Shown here: positions 17,097-28,618 of the stretch, one piece after another
How the letters are laid out: every line of letters starts with the position of its first letter
How positions within the stretch are numbered: the first letter of the stretch is position 1
The notes under the pieces: generated by a model
What the model was told of the DNA's origin: nothing
Databases searched by the model: none
The model's input: only the letters and a program-made list of their open reading frames with translations
NCBI GenBank assembly: GCA_963776345.1
Contig: CAVZMH010000001.1
Coordinates: forward strand, 1-64,000
Reading direction: 5' to 3'
Length of the DNA stretch: 64,000 nt
From: an uncultured delta proteobacterium
Lineage (GTDB): Bacteria; Myxococcota; Myxococcia; Myxococcales; Myxococcaceae
Made by a program: the position numbers and the translations under genes

Positions 17097-18311
17097 CTAC
17101 CGGGTGAAGACGGTCTTCCCGGCCACCCAGGTCTCCCGGACGCGGGTCAGGGCCTGGACGTCCGCTCGAGGGTCGCCCTCCACCAGGACCAGGTCCGCCG
17201 TCGCTCCGACCTTCAGCGCGCCCCGCTGTCCATCCTTCATCCGCCGCGCCGGAGCCGAGGTCAGGCTGGTGAGCACGGCCCGCCAGGCCATCCCCGCGGC
17301 GGCCATCCGGCCGACCTCCTCGTCCGCGTCCTTCTCCGGGATGTAGCCGACGTCGGTGCCGAAGAGGACCTCTCCGCCGCCGGCGACGAAGGCCCGCAGC
17401 TGCTCGGCCCCGGTCCGGATGAACCGCTGACGGACCTCTGGCGGCGCGCCCGCCCGATCCATCTCCACCCGCCACAGGCTCAACGTCGGCGCGAGCGCCA
17501 TGTGCCGGGCGCGCATCCGCCCCAGAAGCTCGGGGCTCCACGGGCCCGCCTCCGGCGCGGTGTGGGCGAGCACGTCCGCTCCGCCGTCCACCGCATGCGC
17601 GACCCCCTCGGCCGAGCCAGGGTGGGCGAAGACCACCAGCCCGTGACGGTGCGCCTCGGCGGCTGCGCCCCGGACCACCGCCAGGTCCATCAGCCCGGTC
17701 CGGCTGCCCCCGAGCCAGGTTCCGACGAACAACTTCGCGCCGCGCGCTCCGAGGCGGACGTCCTCCTGGACCAGGTGCGCGGCCTCCGCCCCGGTTCCGG
17801 GCTGCGGCAGCGTCGCTGCGAGCTCCTCGCCGAGTGCCCTCCGGACGTAGATCGGCACGCCGCCCACCGGATACATCGAGAGCCCGGTGGTGAGGATCCG
17901 CGGGCAATCGAGCGACGCCGCACGCCCGCGCAGCGCGACGGTGTTCTCGGCGAAGGAGCCGAGGTCCACGACGGTGGTGAACCCGTGCGAGGTCAGCATG
18001 TCCCGGCAGGCCTGGCTCAACGCCTCCGCCGGCCGGTGCGCCGCATCGGCGAAGCGCTCCTCGGTGAAGTGCACGTGCACGTTCCAGAAGCCCGGGAGCA
18101 CCGTCGCACCGGCCCCGTCGACGCGTCGAGCTCCCGCGGGCACGGGCACCGCTCCCGACGGCCCGAGCGCCGCGATCCGTCCGTCGCGCACCACGACCGT
18201 CCCGTTCTCGATGGCCGAGGCGGTGGCGGACGGAAGGACCCGCGCGTGCTCGATGACCGACGTCTCGCCGGCGTGGGCGTTCAGCACGACGGCCAGCGCC
18301 ACCACCCACAT
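17097..18311 (-). CDS. Secreted amidohydrolase family protein
   Basis: Signal peptide; LPGFWNVHVH, FAHP, LAHT, FGTDVG, GATADLVLVEGDP. Confidence 0.88.
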   Translation of the reverse strand: MWVVALAVVLNAHAGETSVIEHARVLPSATASAIENGTVVVRDGRIAALGPSGAVPVPAGARRVDGAGATVLPGFWNVHVHFTEERFADAAHRPAEALSQACRDMLTSHGFTTVVDLGSFAENTVALRGRAASLDCPRILTTGLSMYPVGGVPIYVRRALGEELAATLPQPGTGAEAAHLVQEDVRLGARGAKLFVGTWLGGSRTGLMDLAVVRGAAAEAHRHGLVVFAHPGSAEGVAHAVDGGADVLAHTAPEAGPWSPELLGRMRARHMALAPTLSLWRVEMDRAGAPPEVRQRFIRTGAEQLRAFVAGGGEVLFGTDVGYIPEKDADEEVGRMAAAGMAWRAVLTSLTSAPARRMKDGQRGALKVGATADLVLVEGDPRADVQALTRVRETWVAGKTVFTR

Positions 18312-18372
18312 CCCCCGCACCAGGGGGACGCCTGCGGAGCGGCGCGGGGGCGCCGCGCGTCCAGGCTCAGGC

Positions 18373-19578
18373 TCACACCAGGCGTGACTCGCCCGGCCGT
18401 GCCTCCACCCGATCCTTCCTCGTCCGGCCATACGCGGCAGGTGCCTCCTGGGACGTCGATCCCGTCAGCGCCGAACCCACGATCCGGTGAATCGCCCGCT
18501 GGAACGAGGCGCTGTTGTACGTCCGCGCCAGCCGATCGAGCATTCCCGAATTCACGATGTCCCGTAGCACGTGCCCGGCCACGAACTCTGCGGTGAACCG
18601 CCGCCGGAGCGCGCGGACGTAACCCCGCCAGGCCACGGACTCGGACGCCTCGCCCCGCACCACCCGGGCGACGGCGTCGCCGGCGAAGACGCCCGACTGC
18701 ATCGCCTGGCTGATGCCCTCGCCCGTCCCGTTGTGCGTCAGCCGTGCCGCCTCGCCGGTGAGCAGGGCCCCGGGCCGGGTCACGTTGGCGATCCAGGTGG
18801 TGTGGACGATGGGATGTCCCCTCCACCCGCCGATCGGCCGCGCCCCCTCGAGGAGCTCCCTGTAGTGCCGGTCCAGGAAGCCCTGGAACATCGCCCGCAG
18901 GTCGCGCGGCACCTTCCGCCCGTACTCGTCCTGGGCGTCGATGCAGATGCCGATGTTCACGCGCGTCCCCGTCTCCGGGAAGAGCCAGCCGTACAGCGGC
19001 GTGAGCTCCCGGTCGAAGACCATGTCCAGCCGCCCGGGCTCGAACCCCGGTCCCTCCCACCAGCCCATCAGGGTGTCGATGTGCCGCCGCTCCCGGTCGT
19101 CGCGGCTGAAGAGGCTGTGCGCACCGTCGGCGAAGAGGGTCCAGCGCGCGCGGATCTCGCTCCCCTCGAGCCCGCGGACGCCCACCACCCGCCCGTTCTC
19201 CTCGATGGCCTCCGTCACCCGGTAGCCGTCGCGGAAGCGCACCCCGAGCGAGCGCGCGCGCTCCACCAGGAGCCCATCGAACTCCTTGCGCAGGAGAATC
19301 ACCGCCGCCGAGTTCGCCGGGACGCGGAGCTCGTCCCCGGCCGGGGTCACGATGCGCACCGCCAGCACCGGGTTGGCCCGCTCCCGCAGCGCGGGCCCGA
19401 TGCCCAGCGCCTCGGCGACGTGCAGCGCGGTGGGCGACAGGCCCGAACCGCACGTCTTGTCGCGCGGGAACCGGTCCCGGTCCACCAGCAGCACGTCCTT
19501 GATCCCCAGCTGGCCCAGCTGCACCGCCGCGGCGGCGCCCGAGGGGCCTGCACCCACGATGAGGATCTCGGTCTCCAT
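18373..19578 (-). CDS. Geranylgeranyl reductase family FAD-dependent oxidoreductase
   Basis: VGAGPSG, FPRDKTCG, ADGAHS, YGWLFP, TGEGISQAMQSG. Confidence 0.9.
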   Translation of the reverse strand: METEILIVGAGPSGAAAAVQLGQLGIKDVLLVDRDRFPRDKTCGSGLSPTALHVAEALGIGPALRERANPVLAVRIVTPAGDELRVPANSAAVILLRKEFDGLLVERARSLGVRFRDGYRVTEAIEENGRVVGVRGLEGSEIRARWTLFADGAHSLFSRDDRERRHIDTLMGWWEGPGFEPGRLDMVFDRELTPLYGWLFPETGTRVNIGICIDAQDEYGRKVPRDLRAMFQGFLDRHYRELLEGARPIGGWRGHPIVHTTWIANVTRPGALLTGEAARLTHNGTGEGISQAMQSGVFAGDAVARVVRGEASESVAWRGYVRALRRRFTAEFVAGHVLRDIVNSGMLDRLARTYNSASFQRAIHRIVGSALTGSTSQEAPAAYGRTRKDRVEARPGESRLV

Positions 19579-19682
19579 TGGACGCACCTCAGGTAGCGAG
19601 ATGTGGTCGAGGTCTCAATCGAAGTCTGCAGACGCCGGCAACGTATCGAACGGAAGCCCGTCGTCTATGCTGCGGGGACATC

Positions 19683-21233
19683 GTGACGCAGACCGCCGAG
19701 CGCCCCGTTCCCTCGCCCCGCCGACCCCGGTTCGTCGGCGAGCTGGACACGCTCATCCGCGCCCGGTACCCGCTGGTCTACCTCGTCTCCTCGGAGGAGG
19801 CACGCGTCGACGAGCTCCTGCGGGACATCGCCCGCGGCCACGGCAAGTCGCTGATCGGCTGGTCCGCGGTGCGCGGGCTCCACCGCCTCGACGACACCCG
19901 CGGGGTCGCGCTCCCGGACCAGACCGAGGAGCCGTTCGCCGCGATCCAGGCGCTCCGGGGGCTCCAGGAGCCGGCGCTGGTCGTCCTCAAGGACCTGCAC
20001 GCCTGGCTGGACGACCGCCGCCTGGTCCGCGCGCTCCGCGAGCTCGGCCAGGCGCTGAAGAGCAGTTACACCACTGTGCTGGTCCTCGCCCCGGTGCTCC
20101 AGCTCCCCGTCGAGCTGGAGAAGGAGATCGCCGTCCTCGACGTCCCGCTCCCCACCTTCGCCGAGCTGGCCGACCTGCTCCGCGACATCGTCGGCGTCCT
20201 CCGGAAGGCCGGCCGCGTCACCGTGGACCTCAAGCGCGAGGAGGGAGAGCAGCTCATCAAGGCCGCCCTCGGGCTCACACTGCAGGAGGCGGAGAACGCC
20301 TTCGCCAAGGCCATCGCCGACGACGACCGCCTAGACGCCAGCGACATCCAGCGGGTGATGGACGAGAAGCGCCAGGTCATCCGCAAGAGCGGGCTCCTCG
20401 AGTACTACCCGGTGGACCACTCGCTCGCCGGCGTGGGTGGGCTCCAGAGCCTGAAGGACTGGCTTCACCGCCGCGCCCGCGCCTTCACCGCCGAGGCGCA
20501 CGCCTTCGGGCTGCCCGAGCCCCGCGGGCTCCTCCTCCTCGGGGTCCAGGGCTGCGGGAAGAGCCTCACCGCCAAGGCCATCGCCTCGCAGTGGGCCCTC
20601 CCGCTGCTCCGGCTGGACATGGGCCGGGTGTTCAGCGGCCTGATCGGCTCGAGCGAGGAGAACCTCCGCCGTGCCATCCGGGTCGCCGAGAGCGCCGCCC
20701 CGGCCGTGCTCTGGCTCGACGAGATCGACAAGGCCCTCTCCGGCTCGGCATCCTCGAACGTCAGCGACGGCGGCACCACCGCCCGGGTCCTCGGCACCTT
20801 CCTCACCTGGCTCCAGGAGAAGACGGCTCCGGTCTTCGTGGTCGCCACCGCCAACCGCGTCGAGGGCCTCCCGCCCGAGCTGCTCCGCAAGGGCCGCTTC
20901 GACGAGATCTTCTTCATCGACCTGCCCGACCTCGCCGAGCGCCAGGAGATCCTCCGGATCCACGTCTCGCGGCGCGGCCGCGCGCCCGAGGCCTTCGACC
21001 TCGCGGGCCTCGCCGCCCGCGCCGAGCAGTTCAGCGGGGCCGAGCTGGAGCAGGCCGTGGTCGAGGGACTCCACGCCGCGTTCTACGCCCGGACTCAGCT
21101 CGCCGACGCCCACCTGGCGCAGGCGATCTCCGAGACCGTGCCGCTCGCGGTCACCCTGCGCGAGGAGATCTCCCGCATCCGCGAGTGGGCGCACGACCGG
21201 ACCCGGCCCGCCTCCCGCGCGGTGGCCCGGTGA
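19683..21233 (+). CDS. Ycf46-like AAA+ ATPase
   Basis: [20 protein letters not shown], Walker [32 protein letters not shown]. Confidence 0.9.
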   Translation: MTQTAERPVPSPRRPRFVGELDTLIRARYPLVYLVSSEEARVDELLRDIARGHGKSLIGWSAVRGLHRLDDTRGVALPDQTEEPFAAIQALRGLQEPALVVLKDLHAWLDDRRLVRALRELGQALKSSYTTVLVLAPVLQLPVELEKEIAVLDVPLPTFAELADLLRDIVGVLRKAGRVTVDLKREEGEQLIKAALGLTLQEAENAFAKAIADDDRLDASDIQRVMDEKRQVIRKSGLLEYYPVDHSLAGVGGLQSLKDWLHRRARAFTAEAHAFGLPEPRGLLLLGVQGCGKSLTAKAIASQWALPLLRLDMGRVFSGLIGSSEENLRRAIRVAESAAPAVLWLDEIDKALSGSASSNVSDGGTTARVLGTFLTWLQEKTAPVFVVATANRVEGLPPELLRKGRFDEIFFIDLPDLAERQEILRIHVSRRGRAPEAFDLAGLAARAEQFSGAELEQAVVEGLHAAFYARTQLADAHLAQAISETVPLAVTLREEISRIREWAHDRTRPASRAVAR

Positions 21234-21891
21234 GATTCCTGCCCCGCTTCCAGCGGCTCGAGCGCTCTCGCCGGGAGCCAGGGCGCGGCGCGCTCCGCCA
21301 CCGGCGAGCGCTTCGGGGCGATCGAGCCGGCGGCTCCGCTCCCCGAGGTCCATCCCGGCAAGCTGGAGCGGTTCGCGCCTCCGGTCGAGCCGCCGCTCGA
21401 GCTCGCGCCGCGCTCGGACGACCAGCCCTTCGTCCGTTGCCCGGCGTGCGGCGTGGACTCGCCGCCCGGCGCGCGCCGGTGCCAGTGCGGCACCGCGCTC
21501 GACACCCTCGAGGCGGTGGCCTTCAATGCCGAGCTCTGGGACCGGCATCGCTCGGAGCAGGCGGTCCACGAGACGCTGCACCAGCGCGCCCGCGAGGCCG
21601 ATCTCGAGGCGGCGAGCCGGCTGCAGCAGGAGCGCCGGGCCCTCGGCGAGGCGATCGCCCGGGAGATCGCCGCCCGCGAGCGGGCCGCCAGGTCCGGGGT
21701 TTCCGCCAGGTTTGCCGGGGCCCTCTTGCTCCTCGGATTCAGCGCCCTGGTGCTGCTCCCGCGAGGGCCCCTGGCCCGGCTCGTCTTCGCCCTGCTCCTC
21801 GGAACGCTGGCCGTCCGGGCGGTCGTGGTCTGGGCCCGCTCCCGTCCGGCGAAGCCCGACCCCGAGGACCCCTCGAGCGCCGACCGCTCGA
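21230..21891 (+). CDS. Zinc-ribbon membrane protein (apparent frameshift near 21280; stop lost)
   Basis: GTG overlaps the ATPase stop; second frame gives CPAC...CQC, a coiled coil and two TM helices; a single-base deletion at ~21889 would create TGA. Confidence 0.55.
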
Positions 21892-21895
21892 CGAG

Positions 21896-23377
21896 CTACT
21901 GGCGGACCGGCAGCCCCACCGCGGCGGGGTCGAAGGCGATCCCGCCGAACGTCACCTGCGCCAGCGAGTTCAGCTGGACCTGGCCGTTGGCGCCGGTGAC
22001 CGAGACGAGGTTCCCGGCGGGCGCTGGGCCCGGTCCCGGCCGAGAGCACCCAGAGGTTGCCCTGCTTGTCGAACGCCAGGCCGCCGGGACAGGCGAAGTC
22101 GGGGAGGGCGAGCGCCGAACCGACCAGGCTGCCGGTCGGGCTGATCTGCTGCACGGAGTTGCCGCTGCAGCTGCTGACCCAGGCATTCCCGCTGGCGTCC
22201 ACCGCGATGCCATACGCGTCGGTGACGGAGACGCCCGCCAGGTCGAGGGTGAAATTGGCCGTGAAGCGGTAGACCTTGCTGCCGGACTTCGAGACCACCC
22301 AGAGCTTGCCGTTGTTGCCGACGTCGTAGCTGATCCCCCAGACGCAGCCGACGGAGATCCCCGTGGCCGTGGGCGTGGGCGCCGCCGCGCTCCGCGAGAA
22401 GGTCGACACTCCACCGTTGGTGCCGCTGCAGCTGGCCACGGCGACGGTGTCACCGCGGATGGCGATCCCGGTCGCGCCGGCGAGCGCCACGGTCTTCGCA
22501 GCCGTCGTGCCGCCGCTGGCGAGCGTGTCCGGGGTGTACATCCGCACGCCATCGGAGAACGTGGCCCAGAGGTTCCCGTCGGCGTCGAAGGCGGCGGCCC
22601 GCGCACCCGAGACGCTGACACCCGTCTCGCTGGCGTGGTCCACCAGGAGCTGCGTCTCGGTGTAGCCGCGGATCGCGTCACCGGCCGGAACCCACATCCG
22701 CCCCTGGCCGCCACGCAGGGCGAACTGCACCACCACGGTGGACTCGAGGTTCGGCTTCACCGGAACCGGGGCAGACCGCGCCGGGGTTCCGCCGTCGAAC
22801 TGGACCGTGCCGTCCCAGATGCCGTCGACCAGGGTCCCGGGCACGGCGATGCCCGCATCGGCCGTCACCACGTACGTCCCGGCGTCGAGGATGCGGCTGC
22901 GGAGCACGGTGGGTCCGGACGCCACGAAGGTGGCCGTCGTCCCGGCGACGGGGTCGGTGATGTCCACCCAGCCGACCGCCCCGCCCGGATCGATGCCCAG
23001 CGCGATCCGGCCGTGCGCCGAGGGCACCACCTGCACCGCGGCGGTCGCCGGCTTGAGGGCGCCATCCACGGTCGCGGTCGCCTGGATCACCACGGCGCCT
23101 CCGGTGCTGCCGAGGTCCGAGGGGGTGAAGGTGTTGGTCTGCCGTTGCTCTGCCCGAGCACCCTGCGCTGCCGCTGAGCACGCTCCAGGTCACGTTCCCG
23201 GTCAGGGTCGCCGTTCTGGGCGACTGCCTGGAGGGTGATCGGATCCGACCCCGTCTCCACGCTCACCGTCGCGGGCGAGATGGTGAGCTTCGGGCCGACG
23301 TTCTGGATGGGCCCCTGGTCGCTGCAGGCGATCGCCAGGGCCAGGGGAGCGAGGTACACCACGAGCGGGATGCGCAT
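21896..23377 (-). CDS. Lipoprotein with Ig-like N-terminus and NHL/Vgb-like beta-propeller repeats (frameshifts near 23210, 23150 and 22020)
   Basis: MRIP...LAIAC lipobox; AFDADGNLW, IAVDASGNAW, LAFDKQGNLW and GGIAFDP repeats spread over several frame segments. Confidence 0.7.
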
Positions 23378-23485
23378 TGCCTTCTCTCGTCCGGGGAGAG
23401 ACCAGACGACACCGCCTTTCGCCGACCGCGTCAACGTTTGGGCACGGGTACGCCGCTGCCCACATGCCGCCCGCCACCGCGCGCG

Positions 23486-24701
23486 TCAGCCGGAAGCGAT
23501 GGCGCCGGCAGGCGCCGTGGCCCGATCCTCGGAGCGGATGCGCGCCAGCAGCAGCGTGGACACGGCTCCCACCGCCAGGCAGGCCAGCCAGAGCGCCCGT
23601 GCCCCCGCCGCCTCGAGCACGTTCAGGCCGGCCCACGGGCCGATGGTGAAGCCGATGCCGAAGGTCATCGAGTAGAAGCCCATGTACTCGCCGCGGCGCG
23701 CCGGCGGAGCGAGCTCCGAGACGTAGGCCGCGGTGGAGGGGAAGAGGATCATCTCCCCGAAGGTCCAGACCACCACCGTGGCCACGATGCCCCAGTAGCT
23801 GGTGAGGAACGCCAGCGCCCCGAACCCGAGCGGTGCAGAGCGCCGACCCGACCGAGAGCGCGCGGGCCGGGCTCCAGTGCGCCGTCGCCGAGTTCAGGCG
23901 CACCTCGAGGAACACGATCAGCATCGTGTTCAGGGTGAAGAGCAGGCCGTAGCTCCGGGTGGAGAGCCCGAGCTGATCGACCATCCACACCGGCATCGCC
24001 CCCTCGTGCTGGAAGAAGACCAGCAGGACGGGAAGCAGGCAGAGGATCACGTACCGCAGCCGGCGGTCGGCGATGGCCCCGAGCGACGGCCCGGGTCCGG
24101 CGTGCGCCTCCACCGACTGGACCCGGAGCGGGAACACCAGCAGCACCAGCGCCGCGGCGAGGGTGGTCGCCCCGTCGACCCAGAACAGCATCTGGAACGA
24201 GTGGGCGGCGAGGAAGCCTCCCAGCGCCGGCCCGACGCTCATCCCGAGGTTGATCGCCAGCCGGTTGAGCGCGAACGCCTGCCGCTGCAGCTCGGGCGGC
24301 GCGAGGTCTCCCACCAGGGCCAGCGTCGCCGGCCGCATCGCCTCGGACACCGCCGAGAGCACCGCCATCCCCACCAGCACCTGGGGCATGGTCCGGAGCA
24401 GCGGCAGCGCCCAGAACCCCACGCCCCCCAGCAGCAGCGAGACGGTGAGGATGCGCTGCGAGCCCACCCGGTCCGCCAGGCGCCCGGCGAAGGGGGAGGT
24501 CAGCAGCGAGACGACGCCGTACACCGCCAGCGCCGCCCCGGCCTGCGCGGCCGAGAAGCCCAGGTTCCGGGTGAAGTGGAGCGCCAGGAACGGGATGACC
24601 ATCGTCCCGGCGCGGTTCACCAGGGTGGCCAGGGCGAGCAGCCAGCTGTCGCGCGGAAGACCCGCCAGGTCCGACCAGGGATTGAGCGCACGCAACGTCA
24701 T
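23486..24701 (-). CDS. MFS transporter (frameshift near 23830)
   Basis: LVNRAGTMV.PFLALH, GRLADRVG, NLGMSVGP; continues FGEMILFP...APPARRGEYMG in the next frame. Confidence 0.85.
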
Positions 24702-24743
24702 GAGGGAACCGGGGAGCAGCGGGGGTAACGTGGCCCCGACGCG

Positions 24744-25979
24744 ATGTCGAGCGCCGCTCGCTGTATTCCCGGGCCGAGGGCCGCCGTGTTTCGCTCCCAT
24801 CGATGGCTGACGGCGATGCTGCTCGCGGCGTCCACCGCCTGCCACGAGGCGACCCCACCGCCGCCGCCGGCGCCCCGTCCTCCTCCTCCTCCACTCGGGC
24901 CCGCGCAGGTCCAGGCCGCGTTCCCCGAGGGGGTCGGCGACCCGGCCGGCTGGGCGAACGATCTCCTGTCCGCCTTCTCCGACGCGGGACTGGTCCCGGA
25001 CGCCACGCGGGTCTGCGGGGTGGTGGCGGTGCTGCAGCAGGAGTCGGGCTTCCAGGCGGACCCGCCGGTCGCCAACCTCGGCCCGCTGGTCCGGAGGCGG
25101 CTCGAGGAGGAGGCCGAGAAGTACGGCCCGCTCGGGCCCGCGGCGATGGACCGGCTGCTCAAGGACCGGGTTCCGGGGGACCGGCGCACGTTCGAGCAGC
25201 GCATCCGCCGGCTGCGGACCGAGCGCGAGCTCGACCTCCTCTTCCGCGACATGCTCGAGGCCGAGCGCCGCGAGCACCCGGCGATGGTCGCCACCGCCAA
25301 CCTCCTGGACACCGTGTTCCGCGGCCGCCGCCTCGAGGACCTGAACCCGGTCACCACCGCAGGCTCGATGCAGGTCAGCGTCCGGTGGGCCGTCGACTAC
25401 GCGCACACCCGCGGCTGGCCTGACGGGGAGCAGGCGGTCCGCGACGCCCTGTACACCCGCGCCGGCGGACTGCGCTTCGGGGTGCCGCGGCTCTGGGCTT
25501 ACCCGCTCACCGACGCCGACGCGCTCTACCGGTTCGCCGACTACAACGCCGGCCAGTACGCATCGCGGAACGCGGCGGTGCAGCGGGCGCTCGCCCGGCT
25601 CACCGGGCTGCCCCTCGCCGCGGATGGAGACCTCCTGCTCATCGGGCCCGACGGCCGGCCCACCGCGGAGGACAGCGAGACGCTGCGCGCTTTCCGCGTC
25701 TTCCGCGATCGCTTCGTCCCCACCCTGCCCGAGGCGCGGCTCCGCCAGGATCTCGAGAAGGGCAAGGAGCTGGCCTTCGAGGAGACGCCCAGCTACCTCG
25801 CGCTCCGGCGCGTCTACCGCGAGCGGACCGGGAGCGCCCTGCCGGCCGCGGCGGTCCCCGAGCTGGAGCTGAAGAGCCCCAAGCTGCGGCGGGGGTACAG
25901 CACGGCCGCGTATGCGCGGAACGTGCTCCGGCACCACCGGGCGTGCCTCCAGCGGCTCCGGGGCGACGCGCCGGAGTGA
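24744..25979 (+). CDS. DUF1615 (YaiW-like) family lipoprotein
   Basis: QESGFQADP, TAGSMQVSV, RFADYNAGQYASRNAA, ELKSPKL; start uncertain. Confidence 0.85.
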   Translation: MSSAARCIPGPRAAVFRSHRWLTAMLLAASTACHEATPPPPPAPRPPPPPLGPAQVQAAFPEGVGDPAGWANDLLSAFSDAGLVPDATRVCGVVAVLQQESGFQADPPVANLGPLVRRRLEEEAEKYGPLGPAAMDRLLKDRVPGDRRTFEQRIRRLRTERELDLLFRDMLEAERREHPAMVATANLLDTVFRGRRLEDLNPVTTAGSMQVSVRWAVDYAHTRGWPDGEQAVRDALYTRAGGLRFGVPRLWAYPLTDADALYRFADYNAGQYASRNAAVQRALARLTGLPLAADGDLLLIGPDGRPTAEDSETLRAFRVFRDRFVPTLPEARLRQDLEKGKELAFEETPSYLALRRVYRERTGSALPAAAVPELELKSPKLRRGYSTAAYARNVLRHHRACLQRLRGDAPE

Positions 25980-26048
25980 GCGCCGGCGGGGCCCGCGGAG
26001 GCCTCGACGCACCGCGGAGCTCGGAGCGGTGTAAAGTCGGGCGCCCAC

Positions 26049-27317
26049 ATGTCCAGCAGCGAGAGCGCCCCGCAGGCGTTCCGACCGGTGCCCCGCACCG
26101 GCGTCATCTTCGTCACCACCGAGGCGCAGAAGCGCGGCTTCGATCCCGCCAGCCCCGACTGGTGCAACCTCGGCCAGGGCCAGCCCGAGACCGGCGAGCT
26201 GCCCGGCGCGCCGCCGCGCATCCAGGCGCTGGCCGTGGACCCGGCCGACCAGGAGTACGCGCCGGTCGCGGGTCTCTGGGAGCTCCGCGAGGCCATCGCC
26301 GCGCACTACAACCGGACCTACCGTCGCGGGCTCCCGTCCCAGTACTCGGCGGAGAACGTCAGCGTCTCGGGCGGGGGGCGCGCCTCGCTGACCCGGGCCG
26401 CGGCGAGCCTCGGGCTCATCAACCTGGGCCACTTCCTCCCCGACTACACGGCCTACGAGGAGCTGCTGGACGTCTTCAAGGCCTTCACCGCCATCCCCAT
26501 CCTCCTCGACCCGGAGCAGGGCTACGCCTTCGGACCGGATGCGCTGAAGAAGGAGATCCTCGGCCTGGGGCTCTCGGCGGTGCTGCTCTCCAACCCCTCG
26601 AACCCCACCGGCAAGGTGGTGCAGGGCGCGGAGATGGAGACCTGGGTGGAGCTGGCCCGCGGGCTCGACTGCGCGCTGCTGATCGACGAGTTCTACTCGC
26701 ACTACGTCTGGACCACCGATCCGCGGGCGCCCGCGCCGATCAGCGCGGCGGCGCACGTGCGCGACGTGAACAAGGACCCGGTCATCCTCTTCGACGGGTT
26801 GACCAAGAACTGGCGGTACCCGGGCTGGCGCGTCACCTGGACGGTCGGCCCCCGGTCGGTCATCGACGCGGTGAGCAGCGCCGGCTCGTTCCTCGACGGG
26901 GGCGGGAGCAAGCCGCTGCAGCGGGCGGCGCTGCCGCTCTTCGAGCCGGGCCTCGTCCAGCGCGAGCTGCAGGCCATCCACGGCGCGTTCCGGCCGAAGC
27001 GGGAGCGGCTTCTGCACGGGCTCCTGGCCCTGGGCATCCGGGTGGACCGCGAGCCGGAGGCGACGTTCTACGTCTGGGGCGACCTCGCCGGGCTGCCGCC
27101 ACCGCTCAACGACGGGATGGGGCTCTTCCGGGCAGCGCTGGAGCAGAGAGTCATCACCGTCCCCGGCGAGTTCTTCGACATCAACCCCGGCAAGCGCCGG
27201 CGCGGACGGGCCTCGCGGTTCCGGCGACACGCCCGCTTCTCCTTCGGACCCTCGATGGAGGTGGTGGAGCGGGCCCTGGAGCGGCTCGGGGACGTGGTCC
27301 GAGCACGGGCCGCGTAG
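26049..27317 (+). CDS. Class I/II PLP-dependent aminotransferase
   Basis: NLGQGQP, SNPSNPTG, DEFY, GLTKNWRYPGWR. Confidence 0.92.
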   Translation: MSSSESAPQAFRPVPRTGVIFVTTEAQKRGFDPASPDWCNLGQGQPETGELPGAPPRIQALAVDPADQEYAPVAGLWELREAIAAHYNRTYRRGLPSQYSAENVSVSGGGRASLTRAAASLGLINLGHFLPDYTAYEELLDVFKAFTAIPILLDPEQGYAFGPDALKKEILGLGLSAVLLSNPSNPTGKVVQGAEMETWVELARGLDCALLIDEFYSHYVWTTDPRAPAPISAAAHVRDVNKDPVILFDGLTKNWRYPGWRVTWTVGPRSVIDAVSSAGSFLDGGGSKPLQRAALPLFEPGLVQRELQAIHGAFRPKRERLLHGLLALGIRVDREPEATFYVWGDLAGLPPPLNDGMGLFRAALEQRVITVPGEFFDINPGKRRRGRASRFRRHARFSFGPSMEVVERALERLGDVVRARAA

Positions 27318-27368
27318 AGGCCGCACCGCCGTTGACAGGGGCTTCCCGACGGTGGGATGCCACGGGGG

Positions 27369-27803
27369 ATGCGCGAGAACGAGATGCCGGTGACGGTGTC
27401 GGTCACGCGTGCCGACGGGACCGTCGAGCAGGTGCAGGTGGGCACCGCCGTGCGCCAAGGAGACGGCTTCAGCCTGCGGCTGGGCGAGCTCACCATCGGT
27501 GGCGAGGGAGTGGTCCGTGCCGCCGCCCCGGCCCGCCGTGCGCCGTCGGGTGCGCCGGGCGAGCCGCCGACGGTGTTCCCTCCCTACGGCCGGAGCCGGG
27601 GGATGCCCATCCGCGGGGCGAGCGGGCAGGACCTCGAGTTCTACGCCACCGGTGCGCGCCGCACGCTGGCCGATCCCAGCAAGGCGCGCTTCCACGACAA
27701 GGAGCGGGCGCTGCTGACGGCCATCGAGGCGGAGCAGGCCCGCCAGGGCGGCGGAGGCGGGGCGGAGGAAGAGCCGCCGTCGCCGGAAGAAGAGCAGTTC
27801 TGA
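27369..27803 (+). CDS. Hypothetical protein
   Basis: Clean ORF with host codon usage; C-terminal PPYGRS...DLEFYA...WHDKE-like (FHDKE) module and acidic tail. Confidence 0.75.
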   Translation: MRENEMPVTVSVTRADGTVEQVQVGTAVRQGDGFSLRLGELTIGGEGVVRAAAPARRAPSGAPGEPPTVFPPYGRSRGMPIRGASGQDLEFYATGARRTLADPSKARFHDKERALLTAIEAEQARQGGGGGAEEEPPSPEEEQF

Positions 27804-27828
27804 CCTTCGACGCCCCCGAGGTCCTCCC

Positions 27829-28611
27829 GTGTTCGAACTCGCCCCGTTCCTCCGGCTCGACGGCTGGATCAGCCTGCTGACCCTCACCGCGCTGGAGGTG
27901 GTGCTGGGGATCGACAACCTGGTCTTCCTCTCCATCATGACCGGGAAGCTCCCGGCGGAGCGTCAGCCGCTGGCCCGCCGGCTGGGGCTGGGGCTGGCGC
28001 TGGTGATGCGGGTGCTGCTGCTCCTGGCGATCTCCTGGCTGGTGAAGCTGGAGGCCAACCTCTTCACGGTCCTCGGCGAGGGCCTCAGCGGGCGTGACCT
28101 GGTCCTCATCGCCGGCGGGCTGTTCCTGGTGGGGAAGGCGACTCACGAGATCTTCGACCGGCTGGAGGTCGACCACTCCAGGGCGCAACGGCCGGTGCGG
28201 GCCTCCTTCGCCGCGGTGGTCACGCAGATCGCGCTCCTGGACCTGGTGTTCTCCATCGACTCGGTCATCACCGCGGTGGGGATGGCCCGGGCGCTGTCGG
28301 TGATGGTGGCCGCGGTGGTGATCGCGGTCCTGGTGATGCTGGCCTTCGCCGGGTCGATCAGCGGGTTCATCGAGCGGCATCCGAGCCTCAAGATCCTCGC
28401 CCTGGCGTTCCTCCTCCTCATCGGCGTGGTGCTGGTGGCCGACGGGATGGGCCAGCACATCCCGAAGGGCTACGTGTACTTCGCGATGGCCTTCTCGCTC
28501 GGGGTGGAGCTCCTGAATCTCAAGCTCCGCGCGCGCCAGGTGCCGGTGAAGCTGCACGGGCCGCTCGAGGCCGAGCGGGCAGCTGCCTCGCCCCCGGCGA
28601 CCGAGGGTTGA
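27829..28611 (+). CDS. TerC family membrane protein
   Basis: LEVVLGIDNLVF, DLVFSIDSVITAVG, KGYVYFAMAFS. Confidence 0.93.
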   Translation: MFELAPFLRLDGWISLLTLTALEVVLGIDNLVFLSIMTGKLPAERQPLARRLGLGLALVMRVLLLLAISWLVKLEANLFTVLGEGLSGRDLVLIAGGLFLVGKATHEIFDRLEVDHSRAQRPVRASFAAVVTQIALLDLVFSIDSVITAVGMARALSVMVAAVVIAVLVMLAFAGSISGFIERHPSLKILALAFLLLIGVVLVADGMGQHIPKGYVYFAMAFSLGVELLNLKLRARQVPVKLHGPLEAERAAASPPATEG

Positions 28612-28618
28612 GCGCGCG

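Noticed and set aside
23202..27938. Very long antisense or alternative-frame ORFs (also 42383-46756, 51460-55032, 19286-22144 and others)
   Set aside because: These are shadow ORFs typical of high-GC DNA that overlap recognisable genes. Only the MFS portion of 23202-27938 is real.
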